A DNA stretch of 64,000 nt. It comes from Syntrophales bacterium (lineage in GTDB: Bacteria > Desulfobacterota > Syntrophia > Syntrophales > UBA6807). The position numbers and the translations under genes were made by a program. Of the stretch, positions 9,551 to 18,980 are shown in pieces. Numbering within the stretch: the first letter of the stretch is position 1; every line of letters starts with the position of its first letter. Under the pieces are notes generated by a model that saw only the letters and a list, made by a program, of their open reading frames with translations, had not been told where the DNA came from and ran no database searches. Location of the stretch: the NCBI GenBank assembly GCA_040767195.1, contig JAXGPA010000003.1, forward strand, positions 192,001 through 256,000, given 5' to 3'.

Positions 9551-9887
9551 ACGGTTGAGAACCCTTGTTCCGAGCTGGACCAGAAATACAAGACGGCCGC
9601 CGCCGCTGGCCCGAAAAGAACCAGTGGACAATCGAAATGGACGCCTCCACCGACGACGGGCCTTTCGAAATCTTTATGGTACTGACCATAGTGAAAGATG
9701 AGGCGACTGGAAAATGGTGCCCGCTTTCGGAACCATGACCTTCACCGAACTGTCGACGGGGAAAACGACGACCCTCGTCTTCAGCAAAACGCGCAGAGCC
9801 AGTCGCCTTATGATTACATCGAGAGCCCGTAACGAACCGTGAAAACAGCCGGGGGCGGGCGGGAGCGGCCCCCGGCTGCCTTTTTTT
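9551..9887 (+). ncRNA. Candidate large structured non-coding RNA
   Basis: Nested long-range stems (9551-9556/9835-9840; 9656-9668/9819-9830; 9698-9710/9799-9811) plus six local hairpins, followed by a terminator; no credible ORF. Confidence 0.5.
9846..9887. terminator. Intrinsic terminator, probably bidirectional
   Basis: CAGCCGGGGGC...GCCCCCGGCTG 11-bp stem; T7 tract on + side, AAAA on 5' side. Confidence 0.7.
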
Positions 9888-10588
9888 CAGCCCGGAAAAA
9901 GTTTCACCAGCACCTCTCCCGCGGGCCCGTAACAGGTGTCGTCGTAAAGGGACGACATCTCCGTTGGTTCCAGGTTTATCTCGACGAGCCTGGCACCGCT
10001 TTCCTTGGCGATGCCGGGGAATCCCGCCGCGGGCCAGACGACCGCCGAGGTCCCGACGGTGATGAAAAGATCGCACCGCCGGACAAGGCGGTCCGCCAGA
10101 TGGAGGACATAGGGGTCGAGCCTGTCCCGGAACCACGTCACATCGGGACGCAGCCAGGCGCCGCAGTCCGGGCAGCGGTCGGTTTCATAACGTTCCCCGG
10201 GGGCTTCCCGGACACCGTCTCGGGAGCACCGGACGCGCCAGAGACTTCCGTGGAGTTCCGTCACCTTCCTGCTTCCCGCCCGCTGATGCATGCCGTCGAT
10301 GTTCTGTGTTACCACCTGGACGTCGGGATGGTTTTTTTCGAGGGCGGCGATGACCCGGTGCCCCTCGTGGGGCTCGCAGGCCAGGATGGCCGCGCGCCGC
10401 ATTTCGTGAAACCGAAGCACCTTTTCCGGGTCGGCGTCAAAGGCCTCCTGGCAGGCATATTCCTCCCAGTTATACTGGTGCCAGACACCGCCTCTCCCGC
10501 GATAGGTCGGGATGCCGCTTTCCGCCGACATGCCCGCGCCGGTAAAAAAAACGATGTGCCGAAAGTCTTCCGGTCGAACAGGGTTCAT
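9887..10588 (-). CDS. cobB: NAD-dependent protein deacylase (sirtuin)
   Basis: FTGAGMSAESGIPTYRG, TQNIDGMHQRAG, ELHGSL, LRPDVTWF, VGTSAVVWPAA. Confidence 0.92.
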   Translation of the reverse strand: MNPVRPEDFRHIVFFTGAGMSAESGIPTYRGRGGVWHQYNWEEYACQEAFDADPEKVLRFHEMRRAAILACEPHEGHRVIAALEKNHPDVQVVTQNIDGMHQRAGSRKVTELHGSLWRVRCSRDGVREAPGERYETDRCPDCGAWLRPDVTWFRDRLDPYVLHLADRLVRRCDLFITVGTSAVVWPAAGFPGIAKESGARLVEINLEPTEMSSLYDDTCYGPAGEVLVKLFPG

Positions 10589-11019
10589 CCTTCCTCCTTT
10601 TTCGGGTCCTTCTTGAGAAGGGCCCCGTATTCCACGGCGCCCCCGGCCATGCCGTGCTCTTCCGCGACCCTGCCGCCGGGTCCGTACACCCGGCCGGCCT
10701 GGTGGTCGTAAATCACGCCCTTGAGGCGATCCGACAGGACCGCGGCGATGTGGTACATTCCCTCGCGAGAAGGGGTGTCTCCCCCCGAAGCCAGCAGAAT
10801 TTCATCGAGGGGCAGGAAGAAAAGATCGTCCAGGGTCAAGGAAACCCAGAAAGGGTCTTCCCGGGGGTTCTCCTCCAGGAAAAGAGACAGGAAGAAGGGA
10901 CCGGAAGAGCACCAAGCGCCCTGCCCGCTCCTTTCAAAACAGTTCTCCCTCAAGAGAAGTTCCATGTCTTCTTTTTCTTCCGCCGTAAGCTTCCGGGGAA
11001 ACAGAATGGAAAGATACAT
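10585..11019 (-). CDS. Hypothetical protein
   Basis: GAGGAG RBS before ATG (MYLSILFPRK...); stop overlaps cobB start; longer track ORF overlaps the upstream gene. Confidence 0.65.
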   Translation of the reverse strand: MYLSILFPRKLTAEEKEDMELLLRENCFERSGQGAWCSSGPFFLSLFLEENPREDPFWVSLTLDDLFFLPLDEILLASGGDTPSREGMYHIAAVLSDRLKGVIYDHQAGRVYGPGGRVAEEHGMAGGAVEYGALLKKDPKKEEG

Positions 11020-11030
11020 CGTTCCGCTCC

Positions 11031-12017
11031 TCAAGACCCCGGCGGCGCCGGGGGAAAGGACATGTTTTCCGGGGCATCCCGACGGGGAAGCTGGAGGGTC
11101 GCCTCGTGAAAAGACATCCGTTTCAGGGCCAGGGCGAAAAAAGCCGTCCCGAGAGCGTGGTTGAGAAGGCTTTTGACATCGTACCCCGGGTTTCCCGTAA
11201 AAAAACTCACCAGCGAATTGATGCGGAAAATGCTCTTCACCTCTTTTGCCCGCCGGGGCAGGCGAAGCCGGAGGGCGTGGCCCATGAGCGTCAGGGCGAA
11301 TTTCAGTTCCCCCGTCACCTGGAGGAGGACGTGGTGAAGGAACGCGGGATTTGCCTCTTCCCGGGCCAGCCGCTCGCAGACCTTCCATTGGATCAGGCGG
11401 CACCACCCCTCCCGGAACCAGCGGTCTCCCTGCCTGTGGCCGAAGAGGGTTCCATAGACATGGTGGGCGTACTCGTGGGCGAGATACGAGTGAAAGGGCG
11501 CCTCCTTCAGCTCTTCCATGAAGATGCAGGCCTCTCCCCCATCCACATGCCGGTAGTGACACCGATGTTCCAGGTTGAGCCGCAGCCTCCGGCGGTAAAT
11601 GAGGGGAAACAGAAGCAGAAAGACGAGGACGGCCCGGATGAACCAAACGGCGGGATCTGTCCCGGAATGATCCAGGGTCATGTAAAAGAAAAAAAGGCAA
11701 AGAGGGATAAAGACCCCATAGAGCCTCAAGGTCAGGAACCGGAGCCGGCGGAGATCGCGGAGAAGAACCAGGCGGGGCTTCCTTCCGGGAAGGAACGGTT
11801 CCCCGAGAAGATCCTCCATGACGGCCGACACCCGGTCGAGGCAGGCCGCCGCCTTTTCATCGGTCTCAACAGCCGGGCCGAAGCCCCCCGGGGAAGCGGA
11901 ACGTCGCATCCGGTCCGTGTCCAGAAGTACCTCGATGAGTTCGTAGAACCCGTCCACCGTGGTCAGGGCCTTCGGGAGAATGGCCTCGGGCCTGTCGGGG
12001 GATCTCTTTTTCGCCAT
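11031..12017 (-). CDS. Hypothetical membrane protein with HExxH zinc-peptidase-like motif
   Basis: Two hydrophobic segments; LAHEYAHH followed by WFREG. Confidence 0.65.
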   Translation of the reverse strand: MAKKRSPDRPEAILPKALTTVDGFYELIEVLLDTDRMRRSASPGGFGPAVETDEKAAACLDRVSAVMEDLLGEPFLPGRKPRLVLLRDLRRLRFLTLRLYGVFIPLCLFFFYMTLDHSGTDPAVWFIRAVLVFLLLFPLIYRRRLRLNLEHRCHYRHVDGGEACIFMEELKEAPFHSYLAHEYAHHVYGTLFGHRQGDRWFREGWCRLIQWKVCERLAREEANPAFLHHVLLQVTGELKFALTLMGHALRLRLPRRAKEVKSIFRINSLVSFFTGNPGYDVKSLLNHALGTAFFALALKRMSFHEATLQLPRRDAPENMSFPPAPPGS

Positions 12018-12118
12018 GAGCGGCGGACCTCGCGGGGGTTTTTGTCACCGCACACCTTTTACATGATTTCCCGGTGAATTGTAAAGCCGCCGCGGATCGG
12101 AAGACAATGGCAGGCCGG

Positions 12119-13564
12119 TCACGGTACGGTGTAGATGCTCAGGCTGTCGGTCCCCCCCGAGGCACCGCCGTATTTTCCCTCCGTGATCAGGATACGGTCA
12201 CCCGGCACGGCCATACCCGATGCCAGAAGATCGGCCACCGTCCGCTCCCGCCAGCCTTCCGACCGGCCGTCTCGGCACAGGGGGTGAACGCCGTAGGAAA
12301 AGGCGAGGAACCGGCAGACGTCCTCACGGGCGCAAAGAGGAAGAACCCAGGCTTCGGGCTTGAAGCGTGAGATCCGCCGGGGGGTGTTTCCGCCTCGCGT
12401 CGGTGTCAGGATAAGGGAGGAGCGAAGGGCCAGGGCGGCCTCCGCCGCGTTGAGAGAAACCGTGTCATGCACGGACAGGTTCTCTTTCAGAAGCTCCCCC
12501 TTCAGAAGATCCAGGCTTCCCCGCCAGGCCGGCAGAGTCCCCCGGTTCGTCTCCACCGATCGGGCGATGCGGGCCATCATGGCCACCGACTCGAGGGGGA
12601 AACGGCCGACGGCCGTTTCTTCCGAGAGCATGAGGGCATCGGTGCCGTCGAGGATGGCGTTAGCCACGTCGGCCACTTCCGCACGGGTCGGTCTCGTGGC
12701 GCGAACCATGGCAAGCAGCATCTGCGTGGCCGTGATGACGGGCCGGCAGCGGAGATTGGCTTTCCGGATGAGCTTTTTCTGGAGAAGGGGAAGCTCGTCC
12801 AGGGGTACTTCCACGCCCAGGTCCCCCCGGGCCACCATGATGGCGTCCGCCCCGTCCAGGATGCCGTCGATTTCCTCCACCGCCTCCCGTCTCTCGATCT
12901 TGGCGACCACGAAGATGTTTCGGCCCTTTCTCCGGGCGTGATCCCGGATCTTTCGAACATCCGACGAATCCTTCACGAAAGAGAGTCCGAAAGTGTCCAC
13001 GCCCATGTCCAGGGCGGCGTCCATGAGAAAAAGATCCCGGTCCGTGACGGCTTCGAGGGCCAGGGCGCCTCCGGGGAGATTCACCCCCTTGCCCGAAAGG
13101 AGTTCGCCCCCCACGTTCACACGGCACGAAACGGCGTCGCCCAGGACCTCGAGGACCGCCAGCTCGATGTAGCCGTCGTTCATGAAAACAAGGCTTCCTG
13201 GACGCAGGCTTTCGGCCAGGGCGGGATAGGAGACGGGAATGAAAACGCCCGCCGCCCCGCTTTCCCGGGCCGACAGAACGACCCGGTCACCCTTTTCGAG
13301 AGAGAGGGACCCCCCGGGGAGCGTGCCCACGCGGATTTTCGGTCCCGGGAGATCGGCCAGAACGGTAACGGTTCTCCCCGTCGATTCCGCCGCTTCGCGG
13401 ATGCGCCGGACTGTTTCGCCGTGTTCCTCCAGGGTCCCGTGGGACAGGTTGATCCGGGCCACGGACATCCCCCGGAGGATCATTCCTTTCAGTATGGACG
13501 CGGACCGGGAGGCCGGACCGACGGTGCAGACGATCTTTGTCTTCTGTTCCGGCAAAGGGATCAT
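12119..13564 (-). CDS. pyk: Pyruvate kinase
   Basis: KTKIVCTVGPAS, AKIE, MVARGDLGVE, TRAEVADVANAILDGTDALMLSEETA; AAGGAGG RBS. Confidence 0.95.
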   Translation of the reverse strand: MIPLPEQKTKIVCTVGPASRSASILKGMILRGMSVARINLSHGTLEEHGETVRRIREAAESTGRTVTVLADLPGPKIRVGTLPGGSLSLEKGDRVVLSARESGAAGVFIPVSYPALAESLRPGSLVFMNDGYIELAVLEVLGDAVSCRVNVGGELLSGKGVNLPGGALALEAVTDRDLFLMDAALDMGVDTFGLSFVKDSSDVRKIRDHARRKGRNIFVVAKIERREAVEEIDGILDGADAIMVARGDLGVEVPLDELPLLQKKLIRKANLRCRPVITATQMLLAMVRATRPTRAEVADVANAILDGTDALMLSEETAVGRFPLESVAMMARIARSVETNRGTLPAWRGSLDLLKGELLKENLSVHDTVSLNAAEAALALRSSLILTPTRGGNTPRRISRFKPEAWVLPLCAREDVCRFLAFSYGVHPLCRDGRSEGWRERTVADLLASGMAVPGDRILITEGKYGGASGGTDSLSIYTVP

Positions 13565-13850
13565 GTTCGCCTCCTTACTTCCTGATACCATCGAAGGGCC
13601 GCCGGTGACAAGAATCCGTTGAAAAAAGCGGCCCGAACCGTTATAGTTCCCCTGTCCCGTCACGTTCATAAACCCGCCGCACCGCTCTTTAAAACCGTCT
13701 TCGATCCCTTTCCGGACCTTCCCGCCGCGATAAAAGGCTTTCAGGATCGTCCAGATCCTTCGGACAGCGGTGAACGGTCTTCGCTGTTTTCCGCATGATT
13801 TTCATCAGGGGGAAAAGGGGTGTCCCCCTGAAAACAATAAGGAGGGAACC

Positions 13851-15059
13851 ATGCTGCCACTGGAGGGAATGAAAGTTCTGGACCTGTCGAATTACGTGCC
13901 CGGTGCGCTTTGCACCATGATCCTCGCGGACATGGGGGCGGAAGTTGTCAAAGTCGAGCCGGCGAAACCCTTTCCCATGGAGGACATGGGCTACTCTTCC
14001 GGCGGGGAGGAAAAAAGAAGGAAAGCGGCCTTTTTCACCCTGAACCGGAACAAGAAGAGCATGGGCCTCAATCTTCGGGCGCCGGAAGGGCGGGAAATTT
14101 TCTACCGGCTGGCAAAAGACGCGGACGTGGTTATCGAGGGATACCGGCCCGGCGTCGTGAAGCGCCTGGGCGTCGATTACGACACCGTCCGGGCCTTGAA
14201 CCCGGGGATCATTTACTGTTCCTTGAGCGGTTACGGCCAGGACGGCCCCTACCGGCTCTACTCGGGCCATGACATCAACTACATTTCCATTGCCGGGGTC
14301 CTGGGGCTCATCGGCCCCGCCGAGGGCCCCCCGTCGGTCCCCCTCAACCTCATCGCCGATTTCGCCGGGGTCTCCCTTTACGGCGCCGTGGGCATTCTCC
14401 TGGCCACCATAGCCCGGCAGAAGACAGGAAAAGGCCAGTACATCGATCACACCTACATGGAGGGGGCCCTCCATCTTCTCACCTGGTTCACCCAGGATTA
14501 CCTCTACGACGGCACGGTGATGAAGCGGGGGGAATCCTGGGCCTCGGGCGTCTATCCTTACTATGCCGTCTACGAGACCAAGGACGGGAAATACCTGTCC
14601 GTGGGCTGCCTGGAACCCCATTTCTGGGAGAACTTGTGCCGGTTCATCGGCCGTGAAGACTTCATCGACCACGCCTGGAGCATGGACACGACCTTTCGGA
14701 AACCCGACGCCCGGCACGGGGAAATGTTCGCCCATCTCAAGGAGGTTTTCCGGACGAAGACCCGGGACGAGTGGTTCGATCTCCTGGCCCCCAAGGACAT
14801 CCCCGTGGGCAAGGTCTACGGCATGGACGAGGTCTTTTCCGACCCCCAGATCCTGGCCCGCCGGATGGTTCTCGACCTCGAGGACCCGAAACTCGGGAAA
14901 ATCCGCCAGGTGGGGATCCTTCCGAAACTTTCCGACACGCCGGGGTCCGTCCGGACGCTTCCCCCCCTCCACGGGGATCACACGGACGAGATTCTCCGGA
15001 ATGCCGGTTTCTCGAAGGAGGAGATCGACGGGTACCGAAAAGACGGCGTTGTCGGTTGA
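13851..15059 (+). CDS. Family III CoA-transferase (CaiB/BaiF)
   Basis: PLEGMKVLDLS, LNRNKKS, EGYRPGV, GHDINY; AAGGAGG RBS. Confidence 0.9.
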   Translation: MLPLEGMKVLDLSNYVPGALCTMILADMGAEVVKVEPAKPFPMEDMGYSSGGEEKRRKAAFFTLNRNKKSMGLNLRAPEGREIFYRLAKDADVVIEGYRPGVVKRLGVDYDTVRALNPGIIYCSLSGYGQDGPYRLYSGHDINYISIAGVLGLIGPAEGPPSVPLNLIADFAGVSLYGAVGILLATIARQKTGKGQYIDHTYMEGALHLLTWFTQDYLYDGTVMKRGESWASGVYPYYAVYETKDGKYLSVGCLEPHFWENLCRFIGREDFIDHAWSMDTTFRKPDARHGEMFAHLKEVFRTKTRDEWFDLLAPKDIPVGKVYGMDEVFSDPQILARRMVLDLEDPKLGKIRQVGILPKLSDTPGSVRTLPPLHGDHTDEILRNAGFSKEEIDGYRKDGVVG

Positions 15060-15092
15060 GAGGACGCCGCGGCTGCCGATCCCGAAGGCGGC

Positions 15093-16823
15093 TCAACAGG
15101 GCCGATTGAGCCCGCAGCGGAGGACCTGGCCGGCCCGGCTGCCGTCCCGGTAGACGGTGATGCCCTTGCAGCGGAGTTCGTGGGCCAGGAGAAAAGCTTC
15201 CCGGACATCCTCCGGGGCAGCGGACGGTGGAAAGTTGACGGTCTTGGAAACGGCGTTGTCCGTGTACCTCTGAAAGGCCGCCTGCATCCGGATGTGAGTC
15301 TCCGGGGGAATTTCGAAAGCCGTCTCGAAGAGATCCCGAAGGGGACGGGGGATTCGGGTATCAGCGGGGATCCGCCCCGTCCGCCGGACCGACGCCGTCA
15401 ATTCCGGGGAGAGGAACCCTTCCTTCTTCATCCGCCCCAGGAACAGGGGGTCCGTTTCGGTGATTTCAATGTTTCCCGCTACGGTCCGCGACCACGACAG
15501 GGCGTAAAGAGGCTCGATCCCGGAAGAACACCCCGCGATGAGGGAGAGCGTCCCCGTCGGCGCGATGGTTGTCACCGTGGCATTGCGGACCGGTAGCGCC
15601 CCCTCCCGGTCCCGTGTGCTTCCCTTGAAGTTCGGAAAGGCCCCCCTTTCCCGGGCCAGCTGCCGGGAGGCTTCCCAGGCCTTGTCGCTCACGAAGGCCA
15701 TGACGGTTCCGGCGAGATCGACGGCGGCCTGCGACCGGTAGGGCAGGCCGAGCTCGATGAGAAGATGGGCGAATCCCATAACCCCCAAGCCGATTTTACG
15801 GTTTCCCCGGGTGACCGCCTCGATCTGAGGCAGGGGGAACCGGTTCACCTCGATCACGTCGTCGAGGAAACGAACGGCGACAAAAATCACGTCCTCCAGC
15901 TTCTCCCAGTCGACAGAGGTCCCGTTTTCCCGGCGACGGATCATCCGGGCCAGGTTGACGGACCCTAAATTGCAGGATTCGTAAGGCAAAAGAGGCTGTT
16001 CCCCGCAGGGGTTCGTCGATTCCAGGATGCCGAGACGGGGCGTCGGGTTGTGCCGGTTGATTTCGTCTAGAAAGAGAACCCCCGGTTCCCCGCCCTCCCA
16101 GGCGCAGTCCGCCGCGAGATCGAAAAGTTGCCGGGCCGGCCGGCTTCCCGTGGGCTGTCCCGTTCTGGGGTTGACAAGCGCAACGGGGCCGTCCCGGCGG
16201 ACCGCCTCCAAGAAGGCGTCGGTCATGGCCACGGACAGGTTGAAATTGGAGAAACGCCCGGGATCCCGCTTGGCGGTGATGAAGTTCTCGATGTCGGGAT
16301 GGTCCGCCCGAAGGACGGCCATATTCGCCCCCCGCCGCGTCCCGCCCTGGCGGACCACGTCGGTGGCCTCGTTGAAGATTTCCATGAACGAGACGGGACC
16401 ACTCGCTTCGCCTCCCGTGGTCGAAACCAGGTCGTTTCTCGGCCGGATCAGGCTGAAGGAAAACCCGGTCCCCCCGCCGCTCTGGTGGATGAGGGCCGTG
16501 TTTTTCAGGGCCTCGAAAATGGAGGCGAGAGAGTCCTCCACGGGAAGGACGAAACACGCGGAAAGCTGTCCCAGATCCCGTCCCGCGTTCATCAGGGTGG
16601 GCGAGTTGGGAAGAAACGCCCGTGACGCCATGACGGAGAAAAAACGGTCTTCCCAGGGGTTTCCCAAAGGATCCCGGCAAAAACGCTCTTCCGCCGACGC
16701 CACGTGCCGGGCCACACGCCGGAACATCTCTTCCGGTGTTTCCGCCACATGTCCCCGGCCGTCCTTTTTCAGGTACCTGGCCTCAAGGATTCTCAAGGCG
16801 TTTTCGCTGAGATCTTTTTCCAT
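15093..16823 (-). CDS. nrdJ: Adenosylcobalamin-dependent (class II) ribonucleotide reductase
   Basis: FLPNSPTLMNAG, QLSACFV, TNPCGEQPL, ESCNLGS, TIAPTGT, KGITVYRDGSR. Confidence 0.9.
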   Translation of the reverse strand: MEKDLSENALRILEARYLKKDGRGHVAETPEEMFRRVARHVASAEERFCRDPLGNPWEDRFFSVMASRAFLPNSPTLMNAGRDLGQLSACFVLPVEDSLASIFEALKNTALIHQSGGGTGFSFSLIRPRNDLVSTTGGEASGPVSFMEIFNEATDVVRQGGTRRGANMAVLRADHPDIENFITAKRDPGRFSNFNLSVAMTDAFLEAVRRDGPVALVNPRTGQPTGSRPARQLFDLAADCAWEGGEPGVLFLDEINRHNPTPRLGILESTNPCGEQPLLPYESCNLGSVNLARMIRRRENGTSVDWEKLEDVIFVAVRFLDDVIEVNRFPLPQIEAVTRGNRKIGLGVMGFAHLLIELGLPYRSQAAVDLAGTVMAFVSDKAWEASRQLARERGAFPNFKGSTRDREGALPVRNATVTTIAPTGTLSLIAGCSSGIEPLYALSWSRTVAGNIEITETDPLFLGRMKKEGFLSPELTASVRRTGRIPADTRIPRPLRDLFETAFEIPPETHIRMQAAFQRYTDNAVSKTVNFPPSAAPEDVREAFLLAHELRCKGITVYRDGSRAGQVLRCGLNRPC

Positions 16824-16923
16824 CCCCTTCCTTCCGGGATTTGCCGGAGACTGTCGGAATGCCGCTCTCCGCCCTTAAATACAAAAGCATGAAACGGGGA
16901 AATGCCTTTTTTGGAAAGCCCCT

Positions 16924-18111
16924 TTATCGAAAGCAGTTCCGGAAGATCGCTTCGACGTCCTCCTGGGTCAGCCTCACCGGCGTGAGGGTGTAGAGGCTCC
17001 CCATGGTTTCCATGGAATTCCTCGCGATCTCCCCCGCTTCTTCCTTTTTCAGCCCGAACCGTTCCGGCTTCAGCCCGTCCATGCCGATGTCCCGGATGAG
17101 CTTTTCCAGGGCCGCCATGAAGGCCGCGGGGCCTGCGTCGTCGTCCGCTCCCCCCGTGTCCACTCCCATAGCCCGGGCCATGGCCCCATAGCGGGCCGGG
17201 TCCCTCTCGGCCAGGTAGCTGAAATAGGCGATGGACGTCATGATGAGCCCGGCGCCGTGGGGGATCTCAGGGTGGCAGGCGCTCATGGCATGTTCCAGGG
17301 AATGGTGGGAAATGCAGGCCGACAGGGATTCGACGAAACCCGCTTCGGTACTCGCCCAGGCCAGGGCGGTCCGGGCCTCCAGGTCGCTCCCGTCCCGGAC
17401 CGCCACGGGCAGGAATCGGGTGATCTTTTCGATGGCGTCGAGAGCGAAGTGATCGCTTGCCGGCTGGCTTGCCCGGGCAAGGTATCCCTCCACGGCGTGG
17501 AAGAAAGCGTCCATGCCCTGATAGGCGGTGAAAGCCGGGGGAACGGAAAGCATGAGCTCCGGATCGACGATGGAAAGGGTGGGAAAGGTGCAGTCGGCCC
17601 CCCAACCGATTTTCTCGCGGGTTTCCGTCCTGGTGATGACCGTCCAGGGATCCGATTCCGTCCCCGTTCCCGCCGTGGTGGGAATAGCAACGATGGGCAG
17701 GGCCCCGCCCGAAGGCTTTTTCCCCTTTCCAGAACCGCCTACGATGTAATCCCAGTACTCTCCGGGGTTTCTGGCCATGACGGCAATGCTCTTGGCGCTG
17801 TCGATGCTGCTGCCGCCGCCAAGCCCGATGACGAAATCACAACCCTCTTCCCGGGCCCGGGCCGCCCCTTCTTCCACGTGCTCCGAGACAGGGTTGGGGA
17901 GAACCCTGTCGAACACCGCCGAGGAGACGCCGTTCTTCTCCAGGGCGTCGGCCAGGCGCTGCAGGTAACCGTTCGCCTTCATGGCCTTTCCCGCGCTGAT
18001 GACGATGAGAGCCTTTTTCCCGGGAAGAAAGGGCGTCTTCGCGAGGTCTCCGAGCCTGCCCGGACCGAAGAGGATCCTTGTGGGCATGAAGTACTGGAAT
18101 CGTTTTTTCAT
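16924..18111 (-). CDS. Iron-containing alcohol dehydrogenase
   Basis: GLGGGSSID, IPTTAGTGTE, DAFFHAVE, HSLEH, PHGAG. Confidence 0.9.
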   Translation of the reverse strand: MKKRFQYFMPTRILFGPGRLGDLAKTPFLPGKKALIVISAGKAMKANGYLQRLADALEKNGVSSAVFDRVLPNPVSEHVEEGAARAREEGCDFVIGLGGGSSIDSAKSIAVMARNPGEYWDYIVGGSGKGKKPSGGALPIVAIPTTAGTGTESDPWTVITRTETREKIGWGADCTFPTLSIVDPELMLSVPPAFTAYQGMDAFFHAVEGYLARASQPASDHFALDAIEKITRFLPVAVRDGSDLEARTALAWASTEAGFVESLSACISHHSLEHAMSACHPEIPHGAGLIMTSIAYFSYLAERDPARYGAMARAMGVDTGGADDDAGPAAFMAALEKLIRDIGMDGLKPERFGLKKEEAGEIARNSMETMGSLYTLTPVRLTQEDVEAIFRNCFR

Positions 18112-18470
18112 GGGACCTCCTTTCACAGTAAGAGCGATTCCCTTTTACCGCTATCCTAAGGGTTTCAAGGCGTCTCTTCAACCATAAAAAATACCATAAA
18201 AAAGGGCCTTCCTGGAGACCACAGGGAAAAGACTTGCAAGGGGGCTCTTTTTTTCCTAAATTTCAATGTGGCGGTTCCTGAAAAGTCGAAGCCCCCCCGC
18301 ATCCCGGCGGATCCGCCGGGAGCCCCGGGGGCCGGCGCCCGTATCCCGGGATGGGGAAGGAACCCGTCGGCACGCCCCGGTAAGGGGAAAAAAGGTCGGC
18401 GCCGGGGCGTTCTTCGAAAAGCCGCCACGCACAAAAACCAGTCGTTGACTGATGGGGAGGAGACACAGCC

Positions 18471-18917
18471 ATGGCAGGGCTTATTATCTGGAAAAACGAG
18501 GAATTGAACAAGATGAAAAGAGACCTTGACCGTCTCATGAATCGCCTCCGGGATGAAATGGACGTGTCATTTTTCCCGGGCCTGGTGAAGAAACTCCCGT
18601 CCGTCGACGTGGCGGAAACGGAGCGAACCGTCATCATTCGGGCGGTCCTGCCGGATATGAAGGCTGAGGATCTTCAGGTCTCAGTACACGAAAACTTCGT
18701 GACCATCCGCGGCGAATCGCAAAAGGAATCGCAAAGCAGTGAAAAAAACGTCGTCCGAACAAACAGGGTGCGGAAAACCTTCGAGAGGGTGATCCCTCTT
18801 CCCTGCCGGGTGAACGCCGACGAGACGGAGGCCACGTTCAGTGAGGGTGTCCTCCGCGTCGTTCTTCCCAAGTGCGGACCCGACAGGGCGCGGACCGTGG
18901 AAATCAAGAAACGCTGA
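18471..18917 (+). CDS. Hsp20/alpha-crystallin small heat-shock protein
   Basis: PSVDVAET, FERVIPLP, ATFSEGVLRVVLPK; GGAGG RBS. Confidence 0.9.
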   Translation: MAGLIIWKNEELNKMKRDLDRLMNRLRDEMDVSFFPGLVKKLPSVDVAETERTVIIRAVLPDMKAEDLQVSVHENFVTIRGESQKESQSSEKNVVRTNRVRKTFERVIPLPCRVNADETEATFSEGVLRVVLPKCGPDRARTVEIKKR

Positions 18918-18980
18918 AATGGAAACCTTTACCGTCCCGTTATCGCCGGATATCGAAAAGAGAAACGAAGGAGCCTGCTC

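Noticed and set aside
9501..9842. Short ORFs (66 aa at 9501; MDAST...; MTFTE...) and resemblance of 9572-9606 to the RNase P RNA 5' end
   Set aside because: No RBS or recognisable product; the RNase P core GAGGAAAGUCC and tmRNA termini are absent.
13749..13832. Three small hairpins in the CoA-transferase leader
   Set aside because: No match to a riboswitch I recognise, no terminator U-tract; compatible with chance pairing.
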